A stretch of DNA of 64,000 bases from positions 155,740-219,739 of the forward strand of contig CDMY01001036.1 of the NCBI GenBank assembly GCA_001179505.1, written 5' to 3'. A program made the position numbers and the translations under genes. The notes under the pieces were generated by a model, which worked only from the letters and a program-made list of their open reading frames with translations, ran no database searches and was not told the DNA's origin. This document shows positions 60,946 to 64,000 of this stretch, one piece after another. The stretch comes from Vitrella brassicaformis CCMP3155 (lineage: Eukaryota; Protista; Chromerida). Numbering within the stretch: the stretch's first letter is position 1; each line of letters starts with the position of its first letter.

Positions 60946-61830
60946 CACGGCCTCCTCGTCTCTGCGGGCGGTGGTGATAACGCGGAATTCTAGGGTTTGA
61001 GCCCTAACCCTCAGGCTGTTGAATCGAAAGGGGAAATGGTGGGCGTGGTGGGCGGCGCCGCTGGAAGACACGCCAGGCGGGCGCTGAGGATGGTGCTGGC
61101 ATGTTTGTCGCATGATTGAGGGTTGGCCGATGTTGACGCAGTTCATTTCATGAGAGACCGACTGACTCGGCCTGCCGTTGCGCTATGAGTTAACGTATGT
61201 CACACACACTTTCATCCCCAAAGCCATGCCTAGCAGGCCGGCAGGCAGGCAGGCCCCTGTCTTTCCTCTCCTCCCTCCCTCTCGTCATATGAGGCATCAT
61301 CACCGGATTTGGTGCACACGTGGCCATGACAGAATGAATCGGCCAGCCAACACGCAAGAATGCAACACTAGCTATCACCCAGCAGTGAGAAAGTGTATAT
61401 CACGCAGCCAACTAAAGATCGTGAAATGAATGAATGGATGGATGGATGGATGGAGACAACACACCAACGTGACAGACACACACGTATGACAAACCGTGAC
61501 CCCCCTCAGCCCACAGCGCCTCTAGCCGCTGACGGGCAGTGTCTCTCAAGCGAAAAGCAGCGACCGGCACATGCTGCCAGCGGCCACAATGAAACAAAAC
61601 CTATGAGCTACAAGTCAGCAGCGGCCCGTCACCTCCCACCTCCACCTCCCTGGCCGTTGCTCTGTTGGCACGGCGTGAGCCCCCCCCCACCCACCGCCAT
61701 GTAGGTGGGCCGACGCACACAAGGCGGGCGACCCGACAGACATACATGGAACCAACATGACACACATCGCTAACACTGTGGGAGTCCACCCATACAGCAT
61801 ACCAAACTGCACCTCCTCTGTGGTCTTCTG

Positions 61831-63720
61831 TTAGGTGTCCAGGGGTTTCAGGATGAGCATGTTCTCCTGAAATCCCCGCAGTGCTTGGAGAGTGAGGAAA
61901 TTTCTCCAAAATCCCCTCCACTCGGTGAGAAACCACCCCTCCGGCTTTTCAATGGCGTCGCCATCAGTCCGCTCATCCACCAGCCGCCTGAAGGCTTCGT
62001 TGGGGATCAGCTGGAACTTGAGCTCCTTGATGCCGCGGATCTTGAGCAGCGACTTGACGCACACAATGCCGAACTCACCGGCGGCATCGCCAACACCCAA
62101 ATCATGAGGGACTGCACATAGACAGACAGACAGACGGGCACATCCAGGACACAATGGGCTGCCATCTGAATGGAGGCGATTGGTTGCTGCTCACCTTTCA
62201 CACTAACATCCAGCCGTTCGATGGTCGGCAGCTGATCCGCCATGTCCCCCAACGTCAGCCCCCCCTCGCCCACACCAGTCACCTTCCTGGCCTCGAAATA
62301 CTCCAATGACCTATCCCCGCCCACCGCCTGCAGCATCCCCACTGCTTGCTCCTCGGTTGGGTGCATCCACAGTTCAATGCGTTTGACCGCTGGCATCTTG
62401 GTCACCAGCCTGCGGCCAATCGCGAGACCCTTGCTGTGGACGGACAGCGACGATATGGCCGGGAATGCATTATCGGGTATGCTGTCCAGCACAAGTGGGT
62501 CGGGCTGGTCGGCGTCATCGTCGAGCTCGTCGCCGGCGTAAACGTCGAGCTCGCCGTCATCGTCAGGCTCCCAATCATCCCACATGTCCACCACCCCCAC
62601 ATCCTTCACGTTGGGGAATGTCAGGGACTGCGCGAGGGCGATGGCAGCGGGGCTGGGCGTGTCGAGAGGGGTGGTGAGGTGGTGGGGGCGGATGAGGAAG
62701 CGCGCTCCGGAGGCTTCGACCGCCAGCTGCTGTATGTGCCTCTGGACGAAGGGGGAGGGCTCCGGGCTCGTGGGAGTGTCGCAGAGGAGGGACAGGTCGA
62801 AGTGCCCGTCGATCTCGATGTCGACAGGAATGTCGGGGCTCACACACACGGTGCGGCTGAAGGCCTCGATGGCCGACAGGTGAGCGAAGATGCTGCTGTC
62901 GGTCCAGTATTCCTCGAATGTGACCTTGAGCTTCTTGATGGAGCGGCAGCCACGGTCGACGAGGACGGCCTACACATAGACACACGCACATCACAAGAAA
63001 GCTCTCACCCTCCCTCTCTGATCTTATGGAGTTCATCGCTCACCTGAAGGCGGTGAAAACCCTCCCTCAAATCCTTGTCCAAAAGGTCCCCCCGCGAAAT
63101 CTGGAATGTGCCGACATCCTCGAGCTGCGACAGTGGGCCCGACTGGCCGGCCGCTGCCACTGGGATCTGCGCCAGCGACTTGGCCATGACGTCAGGGTGG
63201 CATTTCACGTGCAGCTCCTTGAGGCGCCGTAACGTGCCCACCAGCTCCCCCAACACCTCATCCTTCCACACGATCTCTCGCACCTCGACAGTCTCGAGTG
63301 ACCTGGAAACCTGGACAGTCTCGAGTGACGGCAGCTGCCAGTGGCGCCCGTGGCCGGGGCAGGAGAGCTCATATCCCGCGGGGATGCCTGTGATGGATCT
63401 GAGGGATGTGAGGGTGGGGGGCGGGTCGAGGCGCGGGGGGAGACTCGGATCCGTCGACTGCTCCGTCGCAGCTAGGATAACGCGCCCCTCGGCCTCGTCG
63501 ATGATGATGGGCGATTCGCCGTCGCTTATGTCGATGGACTCCAAGGTGGTTGGCGCCTGCCGCCCCGCTGCTGTGGCCGCTGCGGCTCTCCGCCCGTCGC
63601 TGTGGCCCTCCACCAATGCCGTGATGATCTTCTTAATCACCAGCCGCGACAGAGGCATGTAGTCATAAGTGCGCCCTGGGATGCCTCTCGGGATGTATAG
63701 GCCAGGGGGAGACTTGAAGA
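61831..63720 (-). pseudogene. F-box-like/LRR family, copy E (5'-truncated: no exon 1 or F-box-like part)
   Basis: Homology starts at FKSP (about VKYP in the other copies) and downstream exons are in frame. Upstream 63720-64000 is unrelated. Confidence 0.6.
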
Positions 63721-64000
63721 GGTGGGGGGGGGAAACTGTCATTAACCGTAACACTCGTCTGTCTGTCCGCGATACTCATACAAATACAGTCCCATCAGCA
63801 CGCAGAGTCAAACAGGCTCAAGGGGAGGAGGGATCAATCCCCGCCCCATCAGCACACCCCAGTCCCGCAAACCCTCCCCTCCCTCCCCCACGCAGACAGA
63901 AGCTAGTCGCACGCGCGAGGGCGATAGACAAGCGAGAGCGAATCCATCCAGACACATGACTGAATCCCCGACCCTTCCACCCCTCCTTCTCCAACAGCGC

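Noticed and set aside
60989-61012. tagggttt/cctaaccc as an interstitial telomere
   Set aside because: Only isolated hexamers or heptamers, not a tandem tract

Overview
Eukaryotic, GC-rich, intron-dense scaffold segment with four fixed 300-N gaps. Short introns packed with CA/TG, GACA/TGTC and CCAT/ATGG microsatellites, plus the lineage-specific families, suggest the chromerid alga Vitrella brassicaformis (inference). Recognisable single-copy genes, rebuilt by manual splicing: a METTL21/FAM86-type lysine methyltransferase, an asteroid/FAM120-like PIN-domain protein with a C-terminal RRM-like domain, PWP1, an S10 serine carboxypeptidase and a phosphorylase-kinase alpha/beta (GH15-fold) homolog. 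There is also a strongly divergent protein kinase and several orphan membrane proteins. The accessory part is rich in ubiquitin-ligase-like modules: (i) a signal peptide-ARM-TM-RING gene; (ii) a GxxxG-repeat RING gene whose two halves reappear inverted, 5 kb apart, in a rearranged coiled-coil region, where the RING is inactivated; (iii) five copies of an F-box-like/degenerate-LRR family (three intact in tandem, two damaged and inverted). In that family the non-coding spacers are near-identical while the coding cassettes are mosaic and hypervariable, which suggests diversification by gene conversion. Other features: several obligatory GC-AG introns (one directly before a catalytic Ser codon), complementary microsatellites at opposite intron ends, 132-bp near-perfect inverted repeats around a two-gene block, and head-to-head gene pairing. 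No rRNA, tRNA, CRISPR array or transposase was recognised.
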